Source: Alphaproteobacteria bacterium (GTDB lineage Bacteria > Pseudomonadota > Alphaproteobacteria > Bin95). From it: DNA of 64,000 nucleotides. Shown here piece after piece: positions 19,731 through 30,139 of this stretch. The position numbers were made by a program, and so were the translations under genes. Position 1 is the stretch's first letter, and each line of letters starts with the position of its first letter. The DNA lies in NCBI GenBank assembly GCA_963665325.3, contig OZ224045.1, positions 128,001 through 192,000 on the forward strand, read 5' to 3'. The notes under the pieces were generated by a model. That model saw only the letters and a program-made list of their open reading frames with translations. It did not search any database and had not been told where the DNA came from.

Positions 19731-21916
19731 TGTTCGCGCGCTTCGGGAACCATCCGGTCATGCGGAGGTGGGCCGCCTTCGCGTTTGCCGGCCTCGCGGC
19801 GTTTTCCGGTGTGCTCACCTACCTGGTGATGACCGGCACGGTGCCCGTCATTCCGCCGACCGTCCAGAATGTCGTCACCCTGCTCGTCATCGACCTCGTC
19901 CTGCTGGTGCTGCTGGCGACCGTGGTCGGATACCGGGTCGTGGCGCTCTGGCGCGCGCGGCGGCGTCGGCGGGGCGGCTCCCAGCTTCATGTGCGGCTCG
20001 CGGTGCTGTTCACCGTCGTTGCGGTCGTGCCGACGGCGCTTGTTGTGCTGTTTACCGTGCTTTTCTTCCACTACGGGCTACAGGGGTGGTTCAACCAGCG
20101 GGTCCAAACGGCGCTGGACCGCTCGCTGATCGTCGCCCAGGCTTATCTGGAGGAGCACCGGCGCGTGCTCGTCGCCGATGCGCTCGCCATGGCGAACGAC
20201 CTGAGCCGTGGCGGCCCTCTGTTGTTCGCCAATACCGACGGCCTGGAAAATGTCCTCGAGGCGCATGCGAGCGCGCGCTCGCTGTCCGATGCGCAGGTCC
20301 TGCAGGCCGGAGGGCGCGTTCTGGCGCGCTCGATGTTTTCGTTCGGAGCTATCTTCTCTCCCGTTCCCGAGTGGGCGCTGAATGCGGCCCGGCGCGGGGA
20401 AGTCGCGATCGTCGAAGACCGGGAAGGGGACCGCCTGGGGGCGTTGCTGCGTATCGCCGGCCTGGACGAAACCTTCCTCTATATCGGGCGGTATGTGGAC
20501 CCCATCGTCGTCAACCAGGTGACGCGGGTCCGGTCAGCAGTCGCCGAATACGCCGCCTTCGAAGGACGGCGTACGCAAGTCGAATATACCTTCGCAATGA
20601 TGTTCGCGACCGTGGCGGCCCTGTTCATCTTCGCCGCGATCTGGGTGGGCTTCAACTTCGCCGCACAGCTGGCGGAGCCGATCATGAACCTCATCTCGGC
20701 AGCTGACCGGGTGCGCGGCGGCGACCTGACCGCGCGGGTTCCGCTGAATGTAAGGGAGCGCGGGGAGATCGATGCGCTCGGCATTGCCTTCAACCGCATG
20801 ACCGGCCAGCTGGACCGCCAGCGCACCGCGCTCATCGACGCGAATCTTGAGCTGGAAGAACGGCGGCGCTTTACTGAGGCAGTGCTCGCCGGCGTCGCGG
20901 TAGGCGTGGTGGGACTGGACGCATTGCGCCGCGTCCATTTGCCGAACAGGGTCGCCTCCGACCTGCTGGGCGTGGACCTGATGGAAAACCTCCAGCGTCC
21001 GGTGACGGAGCTCGTTCCCGCATTCGGCGCGGCTCTGGACGCGGCGGCGCGGCGCCCGGACCGGTCGGTGGAAACCGAGATCCAGATCGAGCGCAACCGC
21101 GAACTGCGCACGTTCCAACTGCGCATAACGGCTGAGCTTTCGCCCGACGGGCTGGGCGGTTTCGTGCTGACATTTGCGGATATCACGGACCTGCAGCTGG
21201 CGCAACGTGCCGCGGCCTGGTCCGATGTAGCGCGCCGTATCGCCCACGAAATCAAGAACCCGCTTACACCGATCCAGCTGGCTGCAGAGCGGCTTGGCCG
21301 GCGCTATTCGAAACAGATCCGGGACGACCCGGAGACCTTTTCGCTATGCATCGACACCATCGTGCGCCAGGTGGACGACATGCGCCGTATGGTCAATGAG
21401 TTCGCTTCCTTCGCCCGCATGCCCGCTCCGGCGCCGGCGGAGGCGGATCTTGCCGATATCGTGCGCCGGGCGGTGTTCCTGCAGGAGGAGACGTCTGCGG
21501 ACGTCCGCATCGAAATGCGCCTGCCGGACGGGCCTGTCATGCAGATCTGCGATGCGCAACTGCTCGGACAGGCGATAACCAACCTCTTGCTCAACGCGAT
21601 GCAGGCCCTCGAAGGCGAAGGCGGGCGCGTGCTGGTTGGGCTTACCGAACTGTCCGACCGGACAGAGATATCGGTAGAGGACGACGGGCCCGGCTTTCCG
21701 GCCGAACTGCGTTTTCGATTGACGGAGCCTTATGTCACGACCAAGGGCCGGCGCGGCGCCGGCCTCGGACTTGCCATCGTCCAGAAGATCGTCGAGGATC
21801 AGGGTGCGGCGCTTCATCTGGAGGATGGCGAGGCTGGCGGCGCCCGCGTCCGGATCGTTTTCCGGCGCGGCGAGACTGCCGAGGAGCCGGAACGAGGCCG
21901 ACCTCACGATGCATGA
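19730..21916 (+). CDS. ntrY: Sensor histidine kinase NtrY
   Basis: TM segments, [29 protein letters not shown]. Confidence 0.93.
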   Translation: MFARFGNHPVMRRWAAFAFAGLAAFSGVLTYLVMTGTVPVIPPTVQNVVTLLVIDLVLLVLLATVVGYRVVALWRARRRRRGGSQLHVRLAVLFTVVAVVPTALVVLFTVLFFHYGLQGWFNQRVQTALDRSLIVAQAYLEEHRRVLVADALAMANDLSRGGPLLFANTDGLENVLEAHASARSLSDAQVLQAGGRVLARSMFSFGAIFSPVPEWALNAARRGEVAIVEDREGDRLGALLRIAGLDETFLYIGRYVDPIVVNQVTRVRSAVAEYAAFEGRRTQVEYTFAMMFATVAALFIFAAIWVGFNFAAQLAEPIMNLISAADRVRGGDLTARVPLNVRERGEIDALGIAFNRMTGQLDRQRTALIDANLELEERRRFTEAVLAGVAVGVVGLDALRRVHLPNRVASDLLGVDLMENLQRPVTELVPAFGAALDAAARRPDRSVETEIQIERNRELRTFQLRITAELSPDGLGGFVLTFADITDLQLAQRAAAWSDVARRIAHEIKNPLTPIQLAAERLGRRYSKQIRDDPETFSLCIDTIVRQVDDMRRMVNEFASFARMPAPAPAEADLADIVRRAVFLQEETSADVRIEMRLPDGPVMQICDAQLLGQAITNLLLNAMQALEGEGGRVLVGLTELSDRTEISVEDDGPGFPAELRFRLTEPYVTTKGRRGAGLGLAIVQKIVEDQGAALHLEDGEAGGARVRIVFRRGETAEEPERGRPHDA

Positions 21917-23291
21917 CATCCTGATCGTCGATGACGAGCACGACATCCGGCAACTGATTACCGGCGTCCTGGAAGACGAGGGCTTTGAAGCGCGCAGTGC
22001 AAGCAACAGCGACAAGGCGCTGGAAGAGTTGCAAAAGCGCCAGCCAAGCGTGCTGTTGCTCGATGTGTGGCTGGAGGGCAGCCGCCTGAGCGGCATGGAC
22101 CTGCTGCGCCATGTTCGGAAACGGCATACGGACCTGCCGGTTCTGATGATAAGCGGCCACGGCAGCATCGAGACCGCCGTCGCGGCGATCCGGAACGGGG
22201 CATACGATTTCGTCGAGAAGCCGTTTACCACCGACAGGCTGCTTCTGGCGCTTTCCCGCGCGATGGAGGCGTTCCGGCTGCGGCGTGAAAATGCCGAACT
22301 GCGATTGCATGCAGGCACTGTAACGGAACTGGTTGGCAGATCGGCGGAGATTACGCAAACACGGAGCTTGATCGAGCGCGTTGCCCCGACCGGAAGCCGC
22401 ATTCTTATTCAAGGGCCGCCGGGCAGCGGCAAGGAGGTAGCTGCACGGATGATCCATCGCTGCTCGCGCCGCAGCGAAGGGCCTTTCGTCGTGGCCAACT
22501 GCGCCATCATGGCTCCGGCGCGGCTCGAGGAAGAGTTGTTCGGCAGCGAAGAGGGCGCCGGCAAGACCGGCCTGCTGGAGCGCGCCCACGGCGGGACCCT
22601 GCTGCTGGACGAGATTGCGGACATGCCGCCCGAGACGCAGGACAAGATCGTCCGGGTTCTTCAGGAACAGACGTTCCTGCGCGTCGGGGGATCGCAAAGG
22701 GTCAGCGTCGACGTGCGCGTCATTGCAACTTCCAATCGCGATCTTGCAGCGGAAGTGGCGCAGGGCCGGCTGCGCCAGGACCTGTTCTACCGGCTCAACG
22801 TCGTCCCGCTGGAGATCGCCCCCTTGCGCCGACGCCGGGATGACATTCCTCGTCTTGTCAACTATTTCCTGGAGTTGTACGCTAGGCAGACCGGGTTGAA
22901 CCCGCCGGTCGTTGCCGAGGACGCAATGGCGGTGCTTCAGGCATATGACTGGCCGGGAAATGTCCGGGAGTTGCGCAATATCGTGGAGCGCCTCTCGATC
23001 CTGGCGCCGGGTGAGGGCGCCGGAACCCTGCGCGCCAGCGCGCTTCCTCCGGAACTTTGCAAGGATGCGCCCATCATCTCGCAATTCGAAAAGGGCGACG
23101 CGATGATGTCGCTGCCGTTGCGGGAAGCGCGAGAGATGTTCGAACGCGAATATCTGCTCGCCCAGATGCGCCGCTTCGGCAACAATATTTCGCAAACGGC
23201 GCAGTTCATCGGCATGGACCGCTCGACGTTGCACCGCAAACTCAAGGCTTCCAACGCCTCGCCCGCCGACGAGCGCGACCGGCCGCTGTGA
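21909..23291 (+). CDS. ntrX: Response regulator NtrX
   Basis: MHDILIVDDE receiver, AAA+ domain lacking GAFTGA, GNNISQTAQFIGMDRSTLHRKLK. Confidence 0.93.
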   Translation: MHDILIVDDEHDIRQLITGVLEDEGFEARSASNSDKALEELQKRQPSVLLLDVWLEGSRLSGMDLLRHVRKRHTDLPVLMISGHGSIETAVAAIRNGAYDFVEKPFTTDRLLLALSRAMEAFRLRRENAELRLHAGTVTELVGRSAEITQTRSLIERVAPTGSRILIQGPPGSGKEVAARMIHRCSRRSEGPFVVANCAIMAPARLEEELFGSEEGAGKTGLLERAHGGTLLLDEIADMPPETQDKIVRVLQEQTFLRVGGSQRVSVDVRVIATSNRDLAAEVAQGRLRQDLFYRLNVVPLEIAPLRRRRDDIPRLVNYFLELYARQTGLNPPVVAEDAMAVLQAYDWPGNVRELRNIVERLSILAPGEGAGTLRASALPPELCKDAPIISQFEKGDAMMSLPLREAREMFEREYLLAQMRRFGNNISQTAQFIGMDRSTLHRKLKASNASPADERDRPL

Positions 23292-23301
23292 TGCCCCGGC
23301 C

Positions 23302-24678
23302 ATGCGTGTGATCGTCTGCGGCGCCGGGCAAGTGGGCGTGAATATCGCCCGCTACCTGGCGGCGGAGCACAATGACGTTACGGTCGTGGACCAGTCGTCG
23401 GAACTAATCGAACAACTGGCCGAGACCCTGGATATCCGGGCAGTCGCCGGCCACGCTTCCAGTCCCGACGTGCTGGCCCGGGCGGGGGCGGAAGACGCGG
23501 ACATGCTGATTGCCGTTACGCTCGTCGATGAGATCAACATGATCGCGTGCCAGGTTGCGCATTCCCTGTTCAACATTCCGACCAAGATCGCCCGAATCCG
23601 TCGCCCGTCCTATCTCGACGGGCACTGGGCCGACATGTTTGCGCGCGAGGGGATGCCGATAGACACGATCATCTCTCCCGAGCGCGAGGTCGCCAGCGCG
23701 ATCATGCGGAGGTTGTCCCGGCCGGGCGCCACCGAAATGCTGCCGTTCGCGGACGGGCGGGTCCGGCTCATCGGGGTCCGCCTCGAAGACACCTGCCCGA
23801 TCGTCAACACGCCGCTGCGCCAGTTGACGGCGCTGTTCCCGGACCTGAGCATCAATGTCGTCGGCATCGTGCGCGCGGAGCGGAACTTCGTTCCCAAGGC
23901 GCGCGACCAGATGCTGGTCGGCGACGAAGTCTATTTCGTCGTGGACAACGCCCATGTGGCGCGGGCGATGGCGGCGTTCGGCCACGAGGAAAAAGAGGCC
24001 GACCGCGCGGTCATCATCGGGGGCGGCAATATCGGCCACAGGCTGGCGAGCCTGATAGAAGCGGAACTCCCGCATGTGCGCCTGCGGCTGATCGAACGCG
24101 ACCGCGCGAAGGCCGCCGAACTGACCGATACATTGCGGCGAACCACAGTGTTGCAGGGCGATGCGCTTTCCGAAGAGCTTATGGAAGAAGCCAATTTCGA
24201 GAATGCGGACCTGACGATCGCGTTGACCGATGACGACGAGACAAACATTCTCGCCTCTCTGCTTGCCAAGCGGGCCGGGTCGTCGCGCACCGTTGCGCTT
24301 ATCAACAAGTCCGCTTACAGCGCACTGATAAGTCCGCTCGACATCGATGTCGTCATCAATCCCCGCGCGATCACCGTCTCCCAGATTCTGCAGCATGTAC
24401 GCCGCGGGCGCGTCCTGGCGGCGTTTTCGATAGGGGACGATTTCGGCGAGGCGCTGGAAGTGGAGATCCTCGAAACCTCAGTCGTGGCAGACAAGGACCT
24501 GAGAGTTCTCAAGATGCCCGCCGGCTCCATTGTGGGGGCTATTCTGCGCGGCGACGATGTTATTATTCCCCGCGGACGCACCCTTATCCGCGCGGGGGAC
24601 CGGGTCGTACTGTTCTCGATGGCGGGTGTGCTCAAGCGGGTTGAACAGATGTTCGCCGTGCGCCTCGAATTCTTCTAG
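23302..24678 (+). CDS. trkA: Trk potassium uptake regulatory subunit
   Basis: Two RCK domains: CGAGQVG and IIGGGNIG. Confidence 0.95.
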   Translation: MRVIVCGAGQVGVNIARYLAAEHNDVTVVDQSSELIEQLAETLDIRAVAGHASSPDVLARAGAEDADMLIAVTLVDEINMIACQVAHSLFNIPTKIARIRRPSYLDGHWADMFAREGMPIDTIISPEREVASAIMRRLSRPGATEMLPFADGRVRLIGVRLEDTCPIVNTPLRQLTALFPDLSINVVGIVRAERNFVPKARDQMLVGDEVYFVVDNAHVARAMAAFGHEEKEADRAVIIGGGNIGHRLASLIEAELPHVRLRLIERDRAKAAELTDTLRRTTVLQGDALSEELMEEANFENADLTIALTDDDETNILASLLAKRAGSSRTVALINKSAYSALISPLDIDVVINPRAITVSQILQHVRRGRVLAAFSIGDDFGEALEVEILETSVVADKDLRVLKMPAGSIVGAILRGDDVIIPRGRTLIRAGDRVVLFSMAGVLKRVEQMFAVRLEFF

Positions 24679-24698
24679 GGACAGCGAAGGAAGCTGGA

Positions 24699-25562
24699 TT
24701 GGCCAGAATCGCTTATGTCAACGGTCGCTATGTGCCGCATCGCGAGGCGGCGGTGCATGTGGAGGATCGCGGCTACCAGTTCGCCGACGGGGTTTACGAG
24801 GTCATCGCCGTGCGCGCCGGCCGGTTCGTCGATGCCGGCCCGCATCTCGACCGGCTGGACCGCTCGCTAGGCGAGTTACGGATAGCGCCGCCGATGGAGC
24901 GCACTGCGTTGCATCATGTGTTGAACGAGGTACGGCGGCGCAACCGCATAGAAAACGGCATTGTCTATCTCCAGGCGACGCGCGGCGTTGCGCGCCGAGA
25001 CCATCCTTTCCCGGCAGAGGCCGATACGGCCCTGGTGGTGACCGGCAGCCGCAAGCCGCCGCCCAATCCGGGAATCCTGGAAACCGGGGTCGATGCCGTC
25101 TCGGTGCCGGATAACCGCTGGAAGCGCTGCGATATCAAATCGGTTTCCCTGCTGCCCAATATCCTGGCCAAGCAGACGGCGCGCGAGGCCGGCGCCTATG
25201 AGGCCGTGTTCGTGGACGAGCAGGGCTTCGTCACCGAGGGCAGCTCGACCAATGTCTGGATCGTGACCTCGGGCGGCGAGTTGCTCACTCGGGAGCTCGA
25301 CCACGGCATTCTGGCGGGCGTCACGCGCGGAACCGTCGTCAAGCTGGCCGAGAGCCTGGGCCTTTCTTTCGCCGAACGCCGCTTCACGATCGAAGAGGCG
25401 AGACGCGCCCGCGAAGCCTTCGTCACCAGCGCGACATCCTATGTGACGCCCGTGGTGCGGATTGACGAATCCACGATCGGAAACGGCAAGCCCGGCTCGA
25501 CCGCCCACGCCCTGTTCGAGGTCTATGCGCGCTATATGGAGCGGGGAGACGCCGCTGCATGA
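24699..25562 (+). CDS. dat: D-amino-acid transaminase (class IV aminotransferase)
   Basis: EDRGYQFADGVYEV, RCDIKSVSLLPN, TEGSSTN, ILAGVTR motifs. Confidence 0.92.
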   Translation: MARIAYVNGRYVPHREAAVHVEDRGYQFADGVYEVIAVRAGRFVDAGPHLDRLDRSLGELRIAPPMERTALHHVLNEVRRRNRIENGIVYLQATRGVARRDHPFPAEADTALVVTGSRKPPPNPGILETGVDAVSVPDNRWKRCDIKSVSLLPNILAKQTAREAGAYEAVFVDEQGFVTEGSSTNVWIVTSGGELLTRELDHGILAGVTRGTVVKLAESLGLSFAERRFTIEEARRAREAFVTSATSYVTPVVRIDESTIGNGKPGSTAHALFEVYARYMERGDAAA

Positions 25563-26191
25563 CGCGTCCCGTCGTCCTCTTCGACTGGGACGGGACGCTG
25601 GTGGACAATTGGCCGGTCATCCATGAGGCGCTCGGCATAGCCCGCGAGTCTTTCGGATTGCCGCCCTGGGCCTTCGCCGAGACCATGCGCCATGTATCCC
25701 GCTCGGGCCGCGAGAGTTTCCCGAAGATGTTCGGCGAAGAATGGCGCCGGGCGAGCGACATGTTCTATGCGGCGTTCGAAGCGCGCCATCTGGACGCGCT
25801 GATACTTCTGCCCGGCGCCGAGGCCTGCCTCGACCGTCTCGAAGCGGCAGGCTTTCCCCTTGCCGTCGTTTCCAACAAGAACGGCCTCTTTCTCCGCCGC
25901 GAAGCCGAGCGTCTCGGCTGGACCGGCCGGTTCGAAGCCCTGGTCGGGGCCGGCGACGCGCGCCTCGACAAGCCGGACGCTGCACCTGTCAGGATGGCCC
26001 TGGGCGGGCGGGCGGGATTTTGGCTCGTGGGGGATTCGGACACCGACATCCGCACGGCGCGCAATGCGGGCCTGCGCTCGGCCGTCGTGCCCTATGCCGG
26101 CGGACCCGCGTTGAGCCTGAATGCCGATGCGCTCTGCGACAGTCTGGCTGCGATCCCGGACCTTGTCGCCTTCTCGCACGGCATCAATTAG
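25559..26191 (+). CDS. HAD-family hydrolase (phosphoglycolate phosphatase-like)
   Basis: FDWDGTL, VSNK, KPD, VGDSDTD motifs. Confidence 0.9.
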   Translation: MTRPVVLFDWDGTLVDNWPVIHEALGIARESFGLPPWAFAETMRHVSRSGRESFPKMFGEEWRRASDMFYAAFEARHLDALILLPGAEACLDRLEAAGFPLAVVSNKNGLFLRREAERLGWTGRFEALVGAGDARLDKPDAAPVRMALGGRAGFWLVGDSDTDIRTARNAGLRSAVVPYAGGPALSLNADALCDSLAAIPDLVAFSHGIN

Positions 26192-26260
26192 AACTGGGAA
26201 GCTGTGGCGCTCTCCTTTACGGCCGGGCAGCCTTCCTTATGCGAGCCGGGGTCAACGCCG

Positions 26261-26509
26261 ATGTCGTCTGCCCAGAAAAACAGGAACCTCCAGGACCTTT
26301 TCCTCAATCGCATCCGGAAGGAGAAGGCGCCGGTTACGGTGTTCCTCATCAACGGGGTTAAACTGCAGGGCCTTGTGGTTTCGTTCGACAACTTTTCGGT
26401 GCTGCTCCGCCGCGACGGCCATTCGCAACTGATCTACAAGCACGCGATCTCGACCATCATGCCCTCGACGTCGATCAAGATCTTCGACCCGGAAGACGAG
26501 CCGGCTTGA
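26261..26509 (+). CDS. hfq: RNA chaperone Hfq
   Basis: NLQDLFLN...[10 protein letters not shown]...[13 protein letters not shown]. Confidence 0.97.
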   Translation: MSSAQKNRNLQDLFLNRIRKEKAPVTVFLINGVKLQGLVVSFDNFSVLLRRDGHSQLIYKHAISTIMPSTSIKIFDPEDEPA

Positions 26510-27774
26510 GCGAAGCCGCGCTCGTCATCCACCCGGTTGTCCGCAAGGACGCGCTCAGGGCGCCTGAGGCCCGTCTCGCGGAAGCCGTCCGGCTGACCGG
26601 GTCCATCGGTGTAGAGGTTTCGGCGACCCGCATCGTGCGTCTTGCCCGCCCCCGGCCGGCGACCTTGCTCGGCAACGGCGCGATCGACGATGTGAAGGAG
26701 GCGCTGGCCGGGGAAGAAGCGGGCCTCGTTGTCGTGGACGGCGCATTGACGCCAGTGCAGCAACGGAATCTGGAGCGGGCGTGGGACGCCAAGGTCATCG
26801 ACCGCACGGGCCTCATCCTGGAGATATTCGGCGCCCGGGCCCGCACGCGGGAAGGCGTGCTGCAGGTGGACCTCGCTGCGCTCAGCTACCAGCGGACCCG
26901 CCTGGTCAGGTCTTGGACGCATCTCGAGCGCCAGCGCGGCGGAGCGGGCTTCCTCGGAGGGCCGGGCGAAGCCCAGATCGAGATTGACCGCCGGCTGATC
27001 GACGAAAAGATCGTCAAGCTGAAGCGCCAATTGGAGGATGTCCGGCGCACGCGCGGCATCCAGCGCCGGGCCCGCAGGCGCGTGCCGTTCCCGGTCGTCG
27101 CGCTCGTGGGCTACACCAACGCGGGCAAGTCCACCCTGTTTAACCGCCTGACCGACGGCGACGTTCTTGCGCAGGACCAGCTCTTCGCCACATTGGATCC
27201 GACCATGAGGGGGCTCGACCTTCCGTCCGGCCGGCGGGCGATCCTGTCGGACACGGTGGGCTTCATCTCGGACCTGCCGACGCAGCTCGTCGCAGCCTTC
27301 CGCGCGACCTTGGAAGAGGTGGTCGAAGCGGACCTCATCCTGCATGTCCGCGACATTGCCGACCCGGACACCGCCGCGCAGAAGCACGATGTCGATCTCG
27401 TGCTCGACGAACTCGAAGCGCACCTCACGCCCCGGATGGAGCTGTGGAACAAGATCGACCTGCTCGATGCGCCGCCTGCGATGAATGGCGGGGTCCCGGT
27501 CTCGGCAGTGACGGGGCAGGGCGTCGAGGACCTGCTCGAGGCCGTGGACGCGGAGCTCTCGCGCTCCCGGAGCGTCTGCGACTTCGTCTTGCCTCCCGAT
27601 GACGGAGCGGCGATCGCCTGGCTCTATCGGCATGGCGATGTGCAGCGGCGCGAAGACGGCGACGACGGGGTGTCGCTGACGGTCTCGCTCGACCCGGCGG
27701 ACCGGGCGCGGTTCGAACGGCAGTTTCAGCCGGAACGCAACAGCCTGACCCCGGCATCGCGCTCGAAGAGATAG
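26506..27774 (+). CDS. hflX: GTPase HflX
   Basis: [40 protein letters not shown] motifs. Confidence 0.96.
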   Translation: MSEAALVIHPVVRKDALRAPEARLAEAVRLTGSIGVEVSATRIVRLARPRPATLLGNGAIDDVKEALAGEEAGLVVVDGALTPVQQRNLERAWDAKVIDRTGLILEIFGARARTREGVLQVDLAALSYQRTRLVRSWTHLERQRGGAGFLGGPGEAQIEIDRRLIDEKIVKLKRQLEDVRRTRGIQRRARRRVPFPVVALVGYTNAGKSTLFNRLTDGDVLAQDQLFATLDPTMRGLDLPSGRRAILSDTVGFISDLPTQLVAAFRATLEEVVEADLILHVRDIADPDTAAQKHDVDLVLDELEAHLTPRMELWNKIDLLDAPPAMNGGVPVSAVTGQGVEDLLEAVDAELSRSRSVCDFVLPPDDGAAIAWLYRHGDVQRREDGDDGVSLTVSLDPADRARFERQFQPERNSLTPASRSKR

Positions 27775-29810
27775 AGCAGGATTCTGAGCGCATCGCTGCG
27801 CGGGCCCGACAGGGACGGGTCGCGGTCCACGATCAGCCGCGCCTCGTCGCGGGCCATCCGCAGCATGTCTCCGTGCTCGTCGAGATCGGCGACCCGAAAA
27901 TCCGGCAATCCGCTCTGCCGCGTGCCCAGCAGTTCGCCCGCGCCCCGCAGTTCGAGGTCAGCCTCGGCGATGCGGAACCCGTCGTCGGTCTCCCTGAGCA
28001 GTCTGAGGCGTTTTTCCGCCGCGTCTCCGAGCGGCTCTCCGTAGAGCAGCAGGCAGGCGGCTGTCTGTCCGCCGCGACCGATGCGGCCGCGAAGCTGGTG
28101 CAGTTGCGCGAGGCCGAACCGTTCCGCCTGCTCAATGACCATGATGTCCGCAGCCGGGACATCGACGCCAACCTCGATGACGGTCGTGGCCACCAGCAGG
28201 CTTGCCGTTCCCTCCGTAAACGCCTTCATGGCAAGCGTCTTGCGGTCCGTCCCCATGCGGCCGTGTATGAGCGCCACGCGGTCGCCGAACGCCGGCTGCA
28301 GCGCCTCGAAGCGCGCTTCCGCGGCTGCGGCATCGGTCTTGTCGCTTTCTTCCACCAGCGGGCAAACCCAATAGGCGCGCCGCCCGTCATCCATCGCCAC
28401 CCGGATTCGCTCGACCACCCGCTCGATCTGCGCCATGCGCAGGACGCGCGTCTCGACCGGCTTGCGCCCGGGCGGCTTCTCGTCGAGGCGGGATGTGTCG
28501 AGGTCTCCGTAAGCCGTCATCAACAGGGTGCGCGGAATCGGCGTTGCCGTCATCGCAAGCGTGTGGACGTCCCTGCCCTTGTCGGTCAGCGCCAGCCGCT
28601 GCTCTACGCCGAACCGGTGCTGTTCGTCGATGACGGCAAGGCGCAAGTCGGCAAAGGAGACCGCCTCCTGGAACAGGGCGTGGGTTCCGACGGCGACCGG
28701 CAGCGCGCCGGAAGCCAGCGCCGCCAGGGTCATGCGACGCGGGCCGGCGCGGCCGCGGCCCGTCAACAGGCCGACCTCCATGCCCGCGGGGGCCAGAAGG
28801 GCGGACAGCGTTTCGAAATGCTGCTGGGCCAGGATTTCCGTGGGCGCCATGATCGCCGCCTGCCCGCCGGCGTCGTGTGCGGCTGCTGCGGCCAGTGCGG
28901 CCACGACCGTCTTGCCGCTGCCGACATCGCCCTGGAGCAGGCGCATCATGCGTTGGCCGGAGGCAAGGTCGCCGCCGATCTCCGCCAGCGACCGGCGCTG
29001 CGCGCCCGTCAGCGCGAAGGGCAGATGCGTTTCGACGGCCTCGAATGCGGTTCCGCCGAGCGGGTAGGGCCGGGCGGCGCTGCGGCGCTGATGGTGGCGC
29101 ACCAGCGCCATCGCCAGCTGGCTCGCCAGCAATTCGTCATAAGCCAGCCGGCGGCGGGCGGGGTGCCCGGCCAGCACGCCGGCCGCGTCTTCGGGGCGGT
29201 GGACGCTGCAAAGCGCCTTGCGAAAGGTAGGCCAGGCCTCGCGGGCCAGCACGGACGGCGATTGCCACTCCGGCGGCTCCGGGGCCGCATCGAGCGCCGA
29301 GTCGACGGCGCGGCGGTATATCCGCGGACCGAGCCCCTGGGTCGATGGATAGACCGGTTCCACGGCCATTGCCGGCGTCCATCTCTCTGGCCGTTCGATG
29401 ACGTCGGGATGGGCGATTTGCGGGGTCGAGCGGTACCATTCGACAAGCCCGCTCACCACCCGGGTCTCGCCGACCGGGAGTGCGGACGCCAGATAGTCGG
29501 CGCGCGCATTGAAGAACACGAGCTCGAGCATGCCGGTATCGTCCCGGCAACGCACCTTGTAGGGCAGGCGGGTACGGGGCGGGGGCGGGTTGTGCGCCTC
29601 GATGAGAAGGGTGAACGTGGCGATGCGGCCGTCCGGCGCCTCAGACACGGGAGGCGCGAAACGCCGGTCCACGAGCCCGGTCGGGAGCTTGAGGCACAGA
29701 TCGATCTTCCGCGGCCCCGCGACCCTGCCGATCAGGCTTGCGATTCGCGGCCCGACGCCTGCGATCGTCGTGACAGGCTCGAACAGGGGAAACAGGATTT
29801 CGGGTCGCAA
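27726..29810 (-). CDS. recG: ATP-dependent DNA helicase RecG
   Basis: QGDVGSGKT, DEQHRFG, TATPIPR, QLHQLRGRIGRG, DGFRIAEADLELRG. Confidence 0.97.
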   Translation of the reverse strand: MRPEILFPLFEPVTTIAGVGPRIASLIGRVAGPRKIDLCLKLPTGLVDRRFAPPVSEAPDGRIATFTLLIEAHNPPPPRTRLPYKVRCRDDTGMLELVFFNARADYLASALPVGETRVVSGLVEWYRSTPQIAHPDVIERPERWTPAMAVEPVYPSTQGLGPRIYRRAVDSALDAAPEPPEWQSPSVLAREAWPTFRKALCSVHRPEDAAGVLAGHPARRRLAYDELLASQLAMALVRHHQRRSAARPYPLGGTAFEAVETHLPFALTGAQRRSLAEIGGDLASGQRMMRLLQGDVGSGKTVVAALAAAAAHDAGGQAAIMAPTEILAQQHFETLSALLAPAGMEVGLLTGRGRAGPRRMTLAALASGALPVAVGTHALFQEAVSFADLRLAVIDEQHRFGVEQRLALTDKGRDVHTLAMTATPIPRTLLMTAYGDLDTSRLDEKPPGRKPVETRVLRMAQIERVVERIRVAMDDGRRAYWVCPLVEESDKTDAAAAEARFEALQPAFGDRVALIHGRMGTDRKTLAMKAFTEGTASLLVATTVIEVGVDVPAADIMVIEQAERFGLAQLHQLRGRIGRGGQTAACLLLYGEPLGDAAEKRLRLLRETDDGFRIAEADLELRGAGELLGTRQSGLPDFRVADLDEHGDMLRMARDEARLIVDRDPSLSGPRSDALRILLYLFERDAGVRLLRSG

Positions 29811-29881
29811 CGCCCCGCCTCAGTGGCTGACATAGCTCGGCCGGCAATTTATACCACCCGGCATATCCAGGGGGCGAAGCG

Positions 29882-30139
29882 TTGAGGGACGATCTGGAAT
29901 ACCGGCGCAAGCGGCTGCGGTTCCGGGCCTGGCATCGGGGCACGAAAGAGGCTGACCTGCTGCTGGGCCCCTTCGCCGACGCCAGTCTGGACAGCCTGGA
30001 CGAGGACGGCCTCGAGTGCTTCGAGGCGCTTCTGGCCCGTTCCGACCCGGAGATCATGGCCTGGATGACCGGGGCGGCCGAGCCGCCTGACGATCCGGTC
30101 GTCGCGCGTCTTGTAGCCTCGGTGCCCAAGGCCGGATGA
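29882..30139 (+). CDS. sdhE: Succinate dehydrogenase flavinylation factor SdhE/SDH5
   Basis: KRLRFRAWHRGTKEADLLLG motif; typical recG-sdhE-mfd order. Confidence 0.9.
   Translation: MRDDLEYRRKRLRFRAWHRGTKEADLLLGPFADASLDSLDEDGLECFEALLARSDPEIMAWMTGAAEPPDDPVVARLVASVPKAG

Noticed and set aside
24699-26191. dat and HAD genes between trkA and hfq
   Set aside because: A familiar arrangement in alphaproteobacteria, not unusual
27726-27774. 49-bp convergent overlap of hflX and recG
   Set aside because: Short tail overlaps are common in GC-rich genomes and both genes look intact
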